This document shows, piece after piece, positions 1-15,100 of a stretch of DNA of 64,000 nucleotides (position 1 is the stretch's first letter; every line of letters begins with the position of its first letter). The position numbers and the translations under genes were made by a program. Location: assembly GCF_009914755.1 (NCBI RefSeq), contig NC_060925.1. One strand, written 5' to 3'. The notes beneath the pieces are model-generated. The model was not told where the DNA came from, did not search any database, and worked only from the letters and a program-made list of their open reading frames with translations. The stretch is from the human T2T-CHM13v2.0 reference genome, Homo sapiens.

Positions 1-720
1 TAGCAGATAATTTTTTGTTCCTATTGATATTCTTGAGCTTTTTTCAGGAATGTCTTTAAATCTTAAAAATTGTTTGCTTCTTTCCAATCTGATTTTAATA
101 TTGTGCTAGGCAGAAGCAGAAGAGCATTGTCTAGGGTTAATTTTTCCTAACGATGGAGGCAAGATAGTCTAAGTATTGTACTTGCTCCCTCATGAATGAC
201 TCCCACTCTGGTGAGTGATAACAGGCAATGTCTTTGGCACTTTGTAAGCTCCATAGATTATTTCCCCTAATTATCTCTGTAATTCCTTCCATGTCTTTGG
301 GTAGTTTCCTTCCACGCCATGCACTAATCAACATTCAAATGAATACTTGAAGGTACACTTTAAAGCTCTTTGGTGTTCTCTTGGGAAGTAGCCTATTTCC
401 TAGTCTATCCTGGAAATTTTGGTCACCTTATTCTGCCCAGATGTCTGTCTCTGTCTCCTTAACTAAGGGATACTTTCTGGCTCCACTTGGATTCCTGCTG
501 CCTGTCCCCTGAGCCAAAGGCTGAAAATGTCTTCAGGCAGTAAACTGGGGAAACAGTAGGACTCATTTCGCTTCCCATTTCACAGCAATTGTTATCCTTT
601 ACTGCCTGATGTCTCATGTCTTGAGAGCCATTGTTTCATGTATTTTGACCAGACTTTTAGTTGTTTCATACAGAACAGTTAATCTTGTCCCTGCTACTGC
701 ATTTTGGCTATAGCTGGATG
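1..720 (-). mobile_element. Ancient L1ME-type 5' region fragment
   Basis: Resembles the antisense old L1M 5' end (ctattgatattcttgagctt..., ggtagtttcct.ca..catgca, caggcagtaaactgggg, tgcctgatgtc). Recalled similarity, not aligned. Confidence 0.6.
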
Positions 721-861
721 TTATGATTATTTTTAATTACAGCATAATTAGCCTTTCTTGATGTCTACAGGGAATATTATATTAGTATCAGTATGCTCAA
801 AAATATATGCAAGACATATTTTAAAATTTTACATATAAATTCCAAAGAAGTTCTGAACACG

Positions 862-910
862 GTGTGTGTGTATGCGTGTGTGTGTGTGTGTGTGTGTGTG
901 TGAGTGAGTG
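862..910. repeat. (TG)n microsatellite
   Basis: Direct reading: interrupted TG run ending in tgagtgagtg. Confidence 0.95.
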
Positions 911-939
911 ATATAACAAGAGAAGTGCGATATTAAACA

Positions 940-1403
940 AAATTGATTAGGATTCTGTGCAAGACAGAAAGTCCAGGTAGCTGATTATACAATTATTGGC
1001 TGGGCTAGTGAAGTTTATGTTATGTAGGCACCACTAAGTTTTGGTTTTAATTTCACAAGACCACAGCTAGCATGAAGAAACCAGGATGCTACTTCTGTCA
1101 TCCAGAGTTCAGTTTGCAGTTTTTGTCTCTTGTAACAGTGCTTCCACAGCCATCATTTTCTTGGAGCATGAGGCTGGTAATTAGACATTAAGACATTGAG
1201 TCCAATTTCTGCCAACACTAATTTCTGTCACAGCCACTTTAACTACCCATAATATTCCAGAAATATGGATCTGCCTCATTTTAAAATATAATACCAAATT
1301 TTAATTCAGAACTTTAGCTTTAAGGGTGTCTAAGAAATGGAATATTTAGCTTTCCAACCATAGAAATACAAGGTTGTTACTGTCAATCCACATATTCATC
1401 ACA
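940..1403 (-). mobile_element. Old ERVL-class LTR (LTR33/LTR16-like)
   Basis: Motif agaactttagctttaagggtgtctaagaaatggaatatttagctttccaacc and a ...catcaca terminus; abuts ERVL internal-like sequence. Confidence 0.45.
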
Positions 1404-2007
1404 CTATATCACTTTACTCAAATTCTATTCATTGCTTTCTATGCATAATAAATGTCCAACTTTACTATGAGATGAAGCCAAAAGGGAAAACCCATGCACC
1501 ATCAGTTATAGCATCTATCTCAAAGTTATAACCATTCTCTGCTTATTTGGCCAAAATTCCTCCTTGGCTTTCTGTAACCAAAAACTATTAATAGTCAACT
1601 ATAAGAAATTCACCATATATAAAGTATTAAGGGAAAGTAATAGCAATATCTATATTCATAATATGACAAAAAAGAAAATATTCATAGGCACTGCATTAAG
1701 GGAAAGTCATAGGGGAATATAGCTATAGCTATAAATATAGATACATTTGAAAGAAATGGAGAATATATTCAGTTACTAAAGTCATTTCAGTTCACAAGGC
1801 TGTTGTTGATATTTGCATTATCATATTCTTATTCCACATATTCTGTGTTGCCTTTTCCGTTAGACAACATTTCAGCGCCTGAAATTTTATTACCTACTAC
1901 TCTGAGCTATCAGTGTTTCTGCTTGTTCTCTGACTACAAGTTATGAAAGAATTGAACAATTCACCTGAGAATCCCATGTGCTCCAAACACACTCCTCTCT
2001 ACCTACT

Positions 2008-2807
2008 TATGATGGTTAATTTTGTCGCACTGATTTGGCTAAGAGATGTCCAGCTAGCTGGCAAAACATTTCTGAATGTGTCTTGAGAGAGCTTCTGGAA
2101 GAGATTTACATTTGAAGTGGTAGGCTGAGTAAAGAATATCTGCCTTCACCAATGTGGGCAGGCATCTTTTAATTCATTGATGATCTGAATAGAACAAAAG
2201 CAGAATAAACTTACTTTTTCTCTCTCCGCTTGAGTTGGGACATCCTTCTTCCTCTTCTCTTGGACACCATCTCTCCTGGTTCTCAGGCATATGGACTCAG
2301 GCCAGACTTAGATCATTGCTCCTCTGATTCTCTTTGGACTCTGAAGTACACCTCCAGCTTTCTTGGTTCTCTAGGTTGCAGATGGCAGATTGTGGGACTT
2401 CTTGGCTTTTGCATCCATAGGAGGTGTGAGTCTATAATAAGCTGTATTCTCAGATGAATACAGTTGTTCCTTGATATTAATGGGAATGAATTTCAGGACC
2501 TCCCACAGACACCAAAATCCACAGATGCTCAAGTCTTTGATATAAAATGGTGTATTATTTGCAGACAACATATGCACATCCTGATGTATACTTTAAATAA
2601 TTTCTAGATTACTTATGTTATCTAGCACAATGTAAATTTTATGTGAATGGTTGTTATACTATATTGTTTAGGGAATAATGAAAAAACTGCATGTGCAATA
2701 CAGACACCATTTTAAAAATATACATTTTTAGTTGAATCCATTCAGGCAGAATCCACAGATATGGAGGGTCATGGAATTAGTTCTGTTTCTCTAGAGAACC
2801 CTAATAC
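2008..2807 (+). mobile_element. MLT2B-like ERVL LTR, split by MER2
   Basis: Starts tatgatggttaatttt...aagagatgtccagctagctggcaaaacatt; ends tctgtttctctagagaaccctaatac. Confidence 0.85.
2461..2770 (+). mobile_element. MER2 (TcMar-Tigger DNA transposon)
   Basis: TA|cagttgttccttgatat...caccaaaatccacagatgctcaagtc...gttgaatcca...atccacagatatggaggg. Confidence 0.9.
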
Positions 2808-3797
2808 CTGACGTTTTGATAATAAGAATTAAGCGTCTCACAAAGTGCAATCAACATTATCTTTCCTTTTTGGTTCAATGACAGATCCAAAATGGAATGG
2901 TGACTGCATAGAACCAGGGTCAAGTTCTCTGGGTGAATTTCACCTCTGCACAAGAGCACAAACTTGTAGTAATGGAAAACAAAAATGTGTTTGTGGATCA
3001 TTAGGAAACTCCACTTAAAATCCTGAACACCAGAAAAATATGTGTGGCCATGGGAACAACAGAAACAAATATTGCCTAGAGAAAACATGTTCTAACCCAG
3101 AATAGTTGATTACCACAGTCCATACAAACAGATACTTGCATGTATCACATACCACAGTACAATATACTCACTGTTTGTAGAGAGGTATTGCTAAGACTTC
3201 ACAAGCTCACTCTAACTTTACATGAAAACAGTTTATTCTGGCTGAGAAAACTATGGTAAAGCACATCCTTAGACGCAAGCCACTCCATAATTAATGTTGT
3301 TATTAAAAAGTAAATTGATAATTCAAAAACGATATTGTGTGTGATATCATAAAAGTGAATGAGGCATTCAATAAATCCACAATTAATAGTGCTTAGATCC
3401 CACCCTCACCCAGGGGAGGCAATGAGTGGTTGTGCTACCCCACCCAGGAAACTATGCTTTTTCCGTGGATCTCTGCAACCCGCAGATCAGGAGATCCCCC
3501 TCATGAGCCCATGCCGCCAGGGCCTTGAGTCCAAAGCACAGTGCTATGCAGATTCTCAGCAGCCTCTTGGCTGGAGATTGCCTAAGACTACCAAGTACCT
3601 GGGGAGAGGGGCAGCCATCATCACTGCTGCTGCCTGCTGCCTAAGATGACTCAGTTCCTGGTAGTAGAGGGAGCAGCTATCAGTGCAGTTCCAGTCCGCT
3701 ATTTTTCTGCTGCTGGCGCTGGGGAGACTGGGTGGTTTGGACTTAGGAGGAATTACCCACAGCGCAGCACAGCAACTGTGGCAGATGATGGCCAGGC

Positions 3798-3798
<1 letters not shown>

Positions 3799-3843
<45 letters not shown>
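3799..3843. repeat. (GAT)15 trinucleotide microsatellite
   Basis: Perfect 45-bp run; source of the poly-D/M/H/I ORFs. Confidence 0.97.
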
Positions 3844-3844
<1 letters not shown>

Positions 3845-4125
3845 CGACAGAGTTTTGCTCTTGTTGCCCACGCCATTGCAATGGCGTGACTCGGCTGACT
3901 GCAGCCTCTGCCTCCTGGGTTCGACCGATTCTCCTGCCTCAGCTTCCCGGGAAGCTGGGATTACAGTCACCCGCCACCACACCTGGCTATTTTTTTTGTA
4001 TTTTTAGTAGAGACGGGGTTTCACCATGTTAGCCTGGCTGGTCTTGATCTCCTGTCCTCAAGTGATCCGCCCGCCTCGGTCTCCAAAAATGCTGGGATTA
4101 CAAGCGTGAGCGACCGTGCCGGACC
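3844..4125 (-). mobile_element. AluS (Sq/Sp-like) inserted in the L1 5'UTR
   Basis: Antisense dimeric Alu with gagttttgctcttgttgccca; flanking direct repeat caggctga at 3793-3800 and 4126-4133. Confidence 0.92.
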
Positions 4126-6544
4126 CAGGCTGACTCTTTGGATCAGACACTGACCTATTCCTCCTCACCAGGCGGGACCTTCCTGTGGGAATTTTAGCAG
4201 CTCCAACGAGGGGTTTATGGGCAGAACTTTGATCTCCCTGGGACCGAACCCCTGGGAGAAGGGGTGGCCACAGTCTCCATCGATCAGTGGACTTAATCTT
4301 TCCCCCTGCTGGCTCTTAGGAATCCAGGCAGTCTGATTTAACGGGATTTCCCCTAGTGCAATTCATCCCTTCTGCCAAGGGGCAATCGGAGCGCTTCATT
4401 AAACAGGTCCCTGATCTTGTGCCTCCTTACTGAGACATCCCCAACGGGGGTCATAAGACACCTTATAAAAGAGTGTTCCCACTGGCATCAGGTCAGTGTC
4501 TCTCTGGAATGGAGCTCCCAGAAAAAGTCGGAGGTAGCCATTTTTGCTGTTCTGCAACCTCCACTGGTAACACCTCCAAGAGTGGGAAGGATCCAAGTGA
4601 ACAGGGTCTGGAGCAGCCCTACAGAAAAGGGGCCTGACTGTTGAAAGACAAACAAACAGAAGGCAACAACAACAACAGCATCAACAAAAAGTCCCCTCAA
4701 AAAACCTTCCAAAGACCAAAACTAGATAAACTCACAAAGATGAGAAAGAATTAGCAACAACAACAAAAAAGGCTGAAAGCTCAAAAAGCCAGAGTGCCTC
4801 TTCTCCTCCAAATGATTGCAACATCTCTCCAGCAAGGGCACAGAACTGGGCAGAGGCTGAGAGGGATGAATTGACAGAAGTAGGCTTCAGAAGGTGGGTT
4901 ATAACAAACTTTGCTGAGCTAAAAGAGCATGTTCTATCTCAATGCAAAGAAGCTAAGAACCATGATAAAACATTACAGGAGCTGTTAACAAGAATAAACA
5001 GTTTAGAGAGGAACATGAATGACCAAAGGGAGCTGAAAAACACAACATAATAACTTCACAATGCAACCTTAAGAAAGACTTCCACAAAATAATAGTGGAA
5101 GACTTAACACCCCACTGTCAATATTAGAGAGATAATTGAGACAGAAAATTAACAAGGATATTCAGGACTGGAACTTAGCTCTGGGTCAAGTTGACCTGAT
5201 AGATACCTGCAGAACTCTCCACCCAAAAACAACAGAATATACATTCTTCTTGGCGCCATAGGCACTTAACCTAAAATTGATCACATAATTGGAAGTAAAA
5301 TACTCCTCAGCAAATGCAAAAAAACTGAAATCATAACAGTCTCTCAGACCACAGTCCAATCAAACTCAATATTAAGAAACTCACTCAAAACCACACAACT
5401 ACATGGAAATTGAACAACCTACTCCTGAATGTCTCCTGTGCAAATAATGAAATTAAGGGAGAAATCAAGATGTTCCTTGAAACCAAGGAGAACAAAGAAA
5501 CAACGTACCAGAATCTCTGGGATGCAGTTAAAGCATTGCTAAGTGGAAATTTATAGCACTAAATGCCCACATCGAAAAGCTAGAAAGATATTAAATCAAC
5601 ACCCTAACATCACAACTAAAAGAACTAGGGAACCAAGAGCACACAAACCCCAAAACTAGCAGAAGACAAGAAATAACCAAGATCAGAGTGGAACTGAAGG
5701 ATGTAGAGACATGAAAAACCCTTCAAAAAATCAACAAATCCAGGAGCTGTTTTGTTTTTTTTAAAAAAAATCAATAGAATACATACACTGCTAACTAGAC
5801 TAATACGGAAGAAAAGAGAGATTAAATAGACACAATGAAAAATGATAAAGGGGATGTCACTACTGACCCCACAGGAATGCAAACAACCATCAGAGAATAC
5901 TATAAACACCTCTATGCAAATAAACTAGAAAATATAGAACAAATGGATAAACTGCTGGACACGTGCGCCCTCCCAAGGCTGAACCAGGAAGAAGTTGAAT
6001 CTCTGAATAGACCAATAATGTGTTTTGAACTTCAGGCAGTAATAAATAGCCTACCAACCAAAAAAAGCACAGTACCAGAAAGAATTACAGCTGAATTCTA
6101 CCAGAGGTACAAAGAGGAGCTGGTATAATTTCTTCTAAACCTATTCCAAACAATTGAAAATGATGAACTCTTCCCTAAGACTTTTTGAGGCCAGCATCAT
6201 CCTGATACCAGAACCTGACGGAGATACAACAAAGAAAGAAAACTTCAGTCCAATATCCTTGATGAACATTGATGTAAAAATCCTCAATAGAATACTGGCA
6301 GTTGAATCCAGCAGCACATCAAAAAGCTTATCTACAACGATCAAGTTGGCTTCATCACTGAGATGCAAGGCTGGTTCGATATACACAAATTTATAAACGT
6401 AATTCATCACATAAGCAGAACCAAAGACAAAAAACATATGATTACCTCAATAGAGGCAGAAAAGACCTTCAATAAAATTCAACATCCCTTCATGTTAAAA
6501 ACTCTCAATAAACTAGATATTGATGAAACATATCTCAAAATGAT

Positions 6545-6716
6545 TCCCTTATAAAACCATCAGATCTTGTAAGAACTCACTATTATGAGAACAGCAAGGA
6601 TGTAACCGTCTCCATGATTCAATTACCTCCCACTGAGTCCCTCCCAGGACATTTGAGGATTATAGGAACTACCATTCAAGTTGAAATTTGGGTGGGTACA
6701 CAGCCAAACCAGTGAC
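6545..6716 (-). mobile_element. THE1C/D LTR, 5' half only
   Basis: cttataaaaccatcagatct...ccatgattcaattacctcccact...tttgggtgggtacacagccaaacc. Confidence 0.88.
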
Positions 6717-6719
6717 CAT

Positions 6720-7770
<1,051 letters not shown>

Positions 7771-7949
7771 TTACAAGAGATAAATGCAAAATCTCACTTA
7801 AAAAAATGAAATAAAATTCAGAATTAGATAATAAGAAACAAACAGTAATCACAGGTTATATGATTACGTACATAAAAACATTCAACATAAATAAACTTTC
7901 AGAATAAGAGATTAGATATCCATTGTACACATATATGCATTTTATTTCA

Positions 7950-9510
<1,561 letters not shown>

Positions 9511-9520
9511 CTTCCTGTGA

Positions 9521-9819
<299 letters not shown>

Positions 9820-10984
9820 TCCTGTGAACTCTTAGGAAGGTTTTTCTTTGTCTCTTCTTGTCTGTCTGGATAATGAAAATAAGGAATCATAAGAACTGTA
9901 TCATTATAATATGAAGAACATAGGTCTAAAAGAGACTGTTATATGTTCTGAAATCTAATCAGCAGGTTTATTTCTGCTATATTTAAACTTTGCCACAGTG
10001 ATGGTACAAAATGTTTTGTCAAGCCAAATGTATAATATTAAGCTTAAGAGGAAAAGTTGGAGAAAATGAAGATAAAATTAATGTCACAATGAGAGGATAC
10101 TTACTTTTAATATTTCACTAAGGAGGATATAATTAAAGGCAAAAGTTTTTACTCTATTATTCTCATATTTTTTTCTTCTCAAATCTGAGAAGAGATTCAC
10201 ACTCATAAGCATTTCTAAGATGAACAAACTACTACATTATTAATGCTTAATAATGCTTTACAGTGTTATTAAAAATCCTAATACAAAGTCTCCCCTTAGC
10301 CTATTTTTAGGGGAATAATCTGCATGATGCTCCTGCTGAAAAGACAGAAACAGATGTGGTTTTCAACTCATAGCCCACTCTATAGGACCACAACGAACGA
10401 AACTGGGATGAGTGGTTTAGAGGCGAGCATTTAACCCATAGACTGGACGGACATTTATAGTGAAGCCTACTGAGAAAAAATAACTCTTTTTGTGAGAATG
10501 TCTGTAAGCAGCTGGGACTTAATGCACTATGAGAAGACAATGGGGTGCACAGAAGTCACTACTGCCTTTCACACTGATTTTGTCTTTCTGAGTTTTTAGG
10601 ATCTTGGCAATATTTTTTACATTATCTGTATTACTTTTACTCCATTTGATGTGAAATATACCTCTATTCTTTTGGCTTTATGTTACTTCATGGGGTCCAT
10701 ATACTCTAATATTATAAAGAAACTTCAAAATCACTAAAATTTCTATAGTTTTAAAGCATCTGATCTTTCTCTATTCTCTCTTCTTCCCCTATTATGTAAT
10801 ATACAGTTTACCATAACTGCCTAACTTATTTTTTTTTTACATCCAAGAACTGAGAGCCTGATAGTCATTGGTTAAACCCATACTTTCACATTATTAAGAA
10901 CTAGAAATGAATATGTACAGTATGGTATTTAATCAACTAGTAGAAGAAACAAAAGTTTGAGAAAACACAGAAACCATGTAACAA

Positions 10985-10996
10985 ATATATATATAT

Positions 10997-11035
<39 letters not shown>
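10985..11035. repeat. (TA)n microsatellite
   Basis: Direct reading. Confidence 0.95.
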
Positions 11036-11042
<7 letters not shown>

Positions 11043-11376
11043 CTAAAACAAAATTTGAATCTTAGAAAAAAATAAAAAGGGGATGCTTAGGTTTACTTCA
11101 GGAATCATTATAACTTTTAATTTGACAGATGTTTAAGATACATAGAACAATGTTTGTATGATTAAATATTAAAGACACACTATGTGTAATGCTCCTAGCT
11201 TACATCTGGTCAGTGAAAATGCTTAATAAATGTTTATTCTCAAAAAACAAACAATCCAACATAGGGACATATTTTTGAACCATCAGGATTCTTGAGTGAT
11301 GGTTCTCACTGATTTATGAATAAATCCAAATCAGAAGTATGTGGGAATTTTTAATTTCAAATTACATTAAAAAAAT

Positions 11377-12400
11377 TCTGCTTCCAATGATAATGTAGAA
11401 CAGTTGGAATATGATTACGTAATGTATAGTATAGATAGCTAGACAGAGTCACTATCACCCCAATCATAAGAAAAAGCAAATTAATCTATAAAGTTATAAC
11501 CGAAACCCTCCAGAGAGCTAACATTGCAGGAAAAACACTTCGTTTGAAGAGTGAGGAACACAGGCATTTGCAAAAAGATTTGGGATATGCTTCTCTTTAC
11601 ACCTACCAAAGGATAAGAGGAATCTGCTAAAATTTTTAACAGCATTAAAGGCTGAGTGTGGCATAGAAATAAAGGCCCTGAAAGCTTCAGACCCAACAAG
11701 AGCTCACGTATACTTAAAGGTTCTTCCCAGATCTCTACCTTGCACAAACAAAAGAGATTGGGGGCAAGATGCAGAAACAAGAAAATCCTCATTTGGAGTG
11801 TATGCTTGGAGAAGAGTAGGGATTATTCCTGAAGAAAAGAGTGAAAGCTCTACCCAAACTCTCTCCCCTTCAGAATAAAAGTTTGCAGTCACTAAAGATA
11901 TGGTATAAAACCATTTCGCCCCCAAGGAACAAGTAAATACTTATTGCAGAAAGGTTTCAGGGCACTGAGGAAGGTAGTGTATCTGAGAAAAACCCATGAT
12001 AGAGACCCAGCACGAAAGGCATGTATCATGCTAAAGATTATCTTAGATATCCCCCATCACTAGATAAGTACCATGCCATCTACAGTTGGGATGTGGGCAG
12101 GTAAAATGCTAAAGAGAGACCCTGTTTAGGTTCCGGGAGCACAAGAAAACACATAGCTGATGGCGGATGAGGAAGATTAAGCAAAGCTCTCCAACATACC
12201 AGCTTAAGCAAAGCTCTCCAATGTACCCTCAGCATCAGTTAAGCCTAGAGAATTTTGAAGCTAGTGGTCCACCATAATAATAAAACCTGAACCCAACTTA
12301 AGTTTTGACTGCATTCATCTAATACCCTTATTCAAGGATAGAAGAGCTATGATCCTCTCTAGGAAAAGCTAATATTTATCTCAGACTCAGGTATCTTTCA
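11377..12400 (+). mobile_element. Ancient L1M (L1MEc-like) 5' region
   Basis: ttctgcttcca...atgtagaa...aagaaaaagc...aatctataaagttataac...cagagagct; recalled similarity. Confidence 0.55.
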
Positions 12401-12867
12401 CATCATAAATTGTCACAGAAACCTGAATTAAAACTGCACTAAAATTCTAATATACAGACAAAATCTAATATACAGATAATAATATAACAAATATTAAACA
12501 AAGGTTGAGACTAATGATGACAATAATGTAAAACAAAACAACTTTGTCATAAATAGCTAGCGGGAGTGTGTATTGACACAACCACTTTGGAAGTTATTTG
12601 GAAGTATTTACTAAAGCTAGACTGTGATGCAATAATTAATTATATGCCCAATTGTGTATATATTTATATCAAAAGACATATAAGATAATGTTTGTGTCAG
12701 TATTATTAATACAAATTCACAATGAAAAAATATATTTCTAAGATGTGATGATTTATCTTGAGTTGTAATATGTACTGATTAAAAGAACAATTCATCAAAA
12801 TATATAATAATCATGACAATATAGGCACTTTAGAATGCATCAATTAAAATACATAGTATAAAATTGT

Positions 12868-12995
12868 ATTCATTTAATTAAAAACATTTATTAAAGTCTT
12901 AGTTTGTGTTAGGCCCTTTTCAGGCACTTTGAAGACATTGGTCAATGAAAGGGAAATTATCTTTGCTTGTCTAGCTTTTATTCCAGAGTAGAGAA
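12868..12995 (-). mobile_element. L2 3' end fragment
   Basis: aaacatttattaaag...tgtgttaggccc..caggcact..gaagaca...gcttttattccag. Confidence 0.6.
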
Positions 12996-14329
12996 CCCAC
13001 GACAAATCAATTCAGCAACAACTGCACTTGGAAGTTTTTACACATCACATTCAAAAACTGATAGATCAATGAGCCAGATAAAAACAAGAATATAGACCTT
13101 AATTATGCAATTAGGAAGCTTAGACTATATGTCTAATTTTATGTAGAGACTCAGCAACGCATTACTTTATACGGTACATATGAAATGTTCACAACAAAAT
13201 TATTATGTATTAGGCTACCACGGAGGCCATGATTATTGGTCTACCATCAACAAAAAAGATGAAACAGATAAGCTCATTCTATCTCAATGCAATAAATATA
13301 TAAATTAAGAGCATTCACGTAGTAAAAACATCCCCTATATCTGCAAACAAAATAACATTTAACTAATTAGCTTTCAGGTTAAAGATAAAAGCTTGGCTCC
13401 CCCTTTACTCTTTGGAAAGTAAGCTTTGAAGGTTGGCCCTGGTGCCTGGGAGAGATTTTCTCAGCTCTCTTCCTCTTCCCTATGTCCTTGAAAAACTGTT
13501 ATCTTGCATGTTGGGGATACCTCATAAGCTCCACTGACTCTCACTTTTTTCTCTGCTGCTGCCTTCAATCATCCCTTGCTGATTGACGCCTTGCAATCAG
13601 AAAGACCCCTGGCACCTAAGGCCATCTCTCTCAGGTCTTGTGCTCTGCACCATCTTCTGCACGTGGTGGAAGGTCAAATGGGAAGTAGAGAATGGGTGAG
13701 TGTAGTATGGAGCTATGACTTGAACTCCTTGAAATTCTAGCCATTGACCCAGCCCAGGGATAATTAAAGAGTTGTTAAAAATGTGGCTAATTTCTCCATA
13801 CCTCTTACAACAGCAGATTCTGCTTTTGTATAGCTGCTTTGCCAAGACTGAAAGCAATTCTCTTCCCAGAGATGTCTAGTCACTTTCTGGAATTCAGCAT
13901 ATTTAGATTTCTCTGTGTCCTGAGCTCTCCAATGGGTTTAAAAAATATTATGGTTTTGTGGTTCACTTGGCTTGTTTTTATTTTATTAAAGGAGATATGA
14001 TAGTCTACTGAGACTTTGTGTGCTCTAAACACTAGAACCCTAAACATCATTCATAAACTGCATGATGACATTAATAATATGACTTTAATTTAATGACTGT
14101 ATTGCTAACAGAGAATGTTATCTGAATTCTGAAACCAGCTATTGCTTTTAACTGTTTAAACTTGGAAGTGTTTTTTCCACCTGAGATCCACTTAGAGTTT
14201 GTATCCAGTTATTTCCAACACATCTTTCCATTCAATCATGCCTTACACTCATTCAGAGACAAATTCCACTGGGCATCTGTCTTTGCATGTGCACCCACTC
14301 ATTATGGCTATGTTTAGATCCATGATTAA

Positions 14330-15100
14330 ACAGAATGGCCTCTGTCCTCCTGCTTATCCCATCCCCATGTCCTCCTTCAGGGAAAACTGTTTAATGTAAA
14401 CTCATTGTCCCTTAACTTACACTTCTTTCTAGAATACTTTCTCCTTGCCTCTTAAGTTACCTTGGATATAACTCTCCCCACTAAATAACAACTTTCTTTG
14501 CAGTTTTTGAAGTAAGGATTGTTTATTTGTGCTATTTCCTATGAGAACTATTTCAGGTGGTAGTTGAACACCATTTTTCTTGTTCAAAATTAATCCTTCT
14601 CAAACATGACATTTTCATTTTAGAAAAACAGATCATTTGGAGCTCATGCATTCCAGGTTTATACAGCTCTACATTCTTTTGGAACCAATTCATGTTTTCC
14701 CATCTTTGTTACAGTTGGAAATTATGTAATTTCTGCATATATGTGGACTTCTCAACAGAGAGACCACATACTGTTCCCCTGATTCCTCTAAGCCAATGTT
14801 TTTTACCTCCATTCCCTTAGTCTTGTTCTGTAACCATAACCTGCAATTTGTCATACTCCTGAACAGCTCTACCTCTGAATTGATTAAACATTGAGATTTC
14901 TGACAGCAGAGCTTCCAGCTCTAAGTCCCATATTGTTTTACCTTCAATGAGTTAATTGCTTTCCCATTCTATCCCTATTTATTCTCAATTATTTTCTGTT
15001 TTTACCCCTCCCCCATAACCTAAAAAGTCCACATAATATAACACTTTAATCACTTTCTCAAGATCCCCCTTAAATTGAACACTTCTACATTATTTTCTTT
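14330..15100 (+). mobile_element. L2 body fragment (endonuclease region)
   Basis: Pyrimidine-rich L2-like sequence (gtaaactc..tgtcccttaac...ctccttgcctctt...). Confidence 0.5.

Larger units (their letters stand above)
1404..3300 (-). mobile_element. Decayed ERVL internal region (integrase/dUTPase side), interrupted by MLT2 LTR
   Basis: Antisense ERVL-int-like motifs on both sides of the MLT2 LTR (gttgatattt..., tcccatgtgctccaaacacactcctctctacc, caaaaatgtgtttgtggatcattagg, ggccatgggaacaacag). Confidence 0.55.
3398..6544 (+). mobile_element. Primate L1 (L1P3-type 5'UTR, about L1PA8-13): partial 5'UTR, ORF1 N-terminus, ORF2 EN/RT part; internally deleted and 3'-truncated
   Basis: 5'UTR motifs; ORF1 ATG at 4740; ORF2-like peptides in ORFs 5835-6128 ([24 protein letters not shown]) and 6363-6554 (MQGWF..K.INVIHHI); stops and frameshifts. 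Confidence 0.92.

Noticed and set aside
3556-4032. Four overlapping ORFs with poly-Asp/Met/His/Ile tracts
   Set aside because: All are readings of the stop-poor (GAT)15 repeat plus L1 UTR and Alu sequence; there is no coding signal.
5835-6554. RT/endonuclease-like ORFs as a possible active or novel reverse transcriptase system
   Set aside because: Ordinary L1 ORF2 fragments broken by stops and frameshifts.
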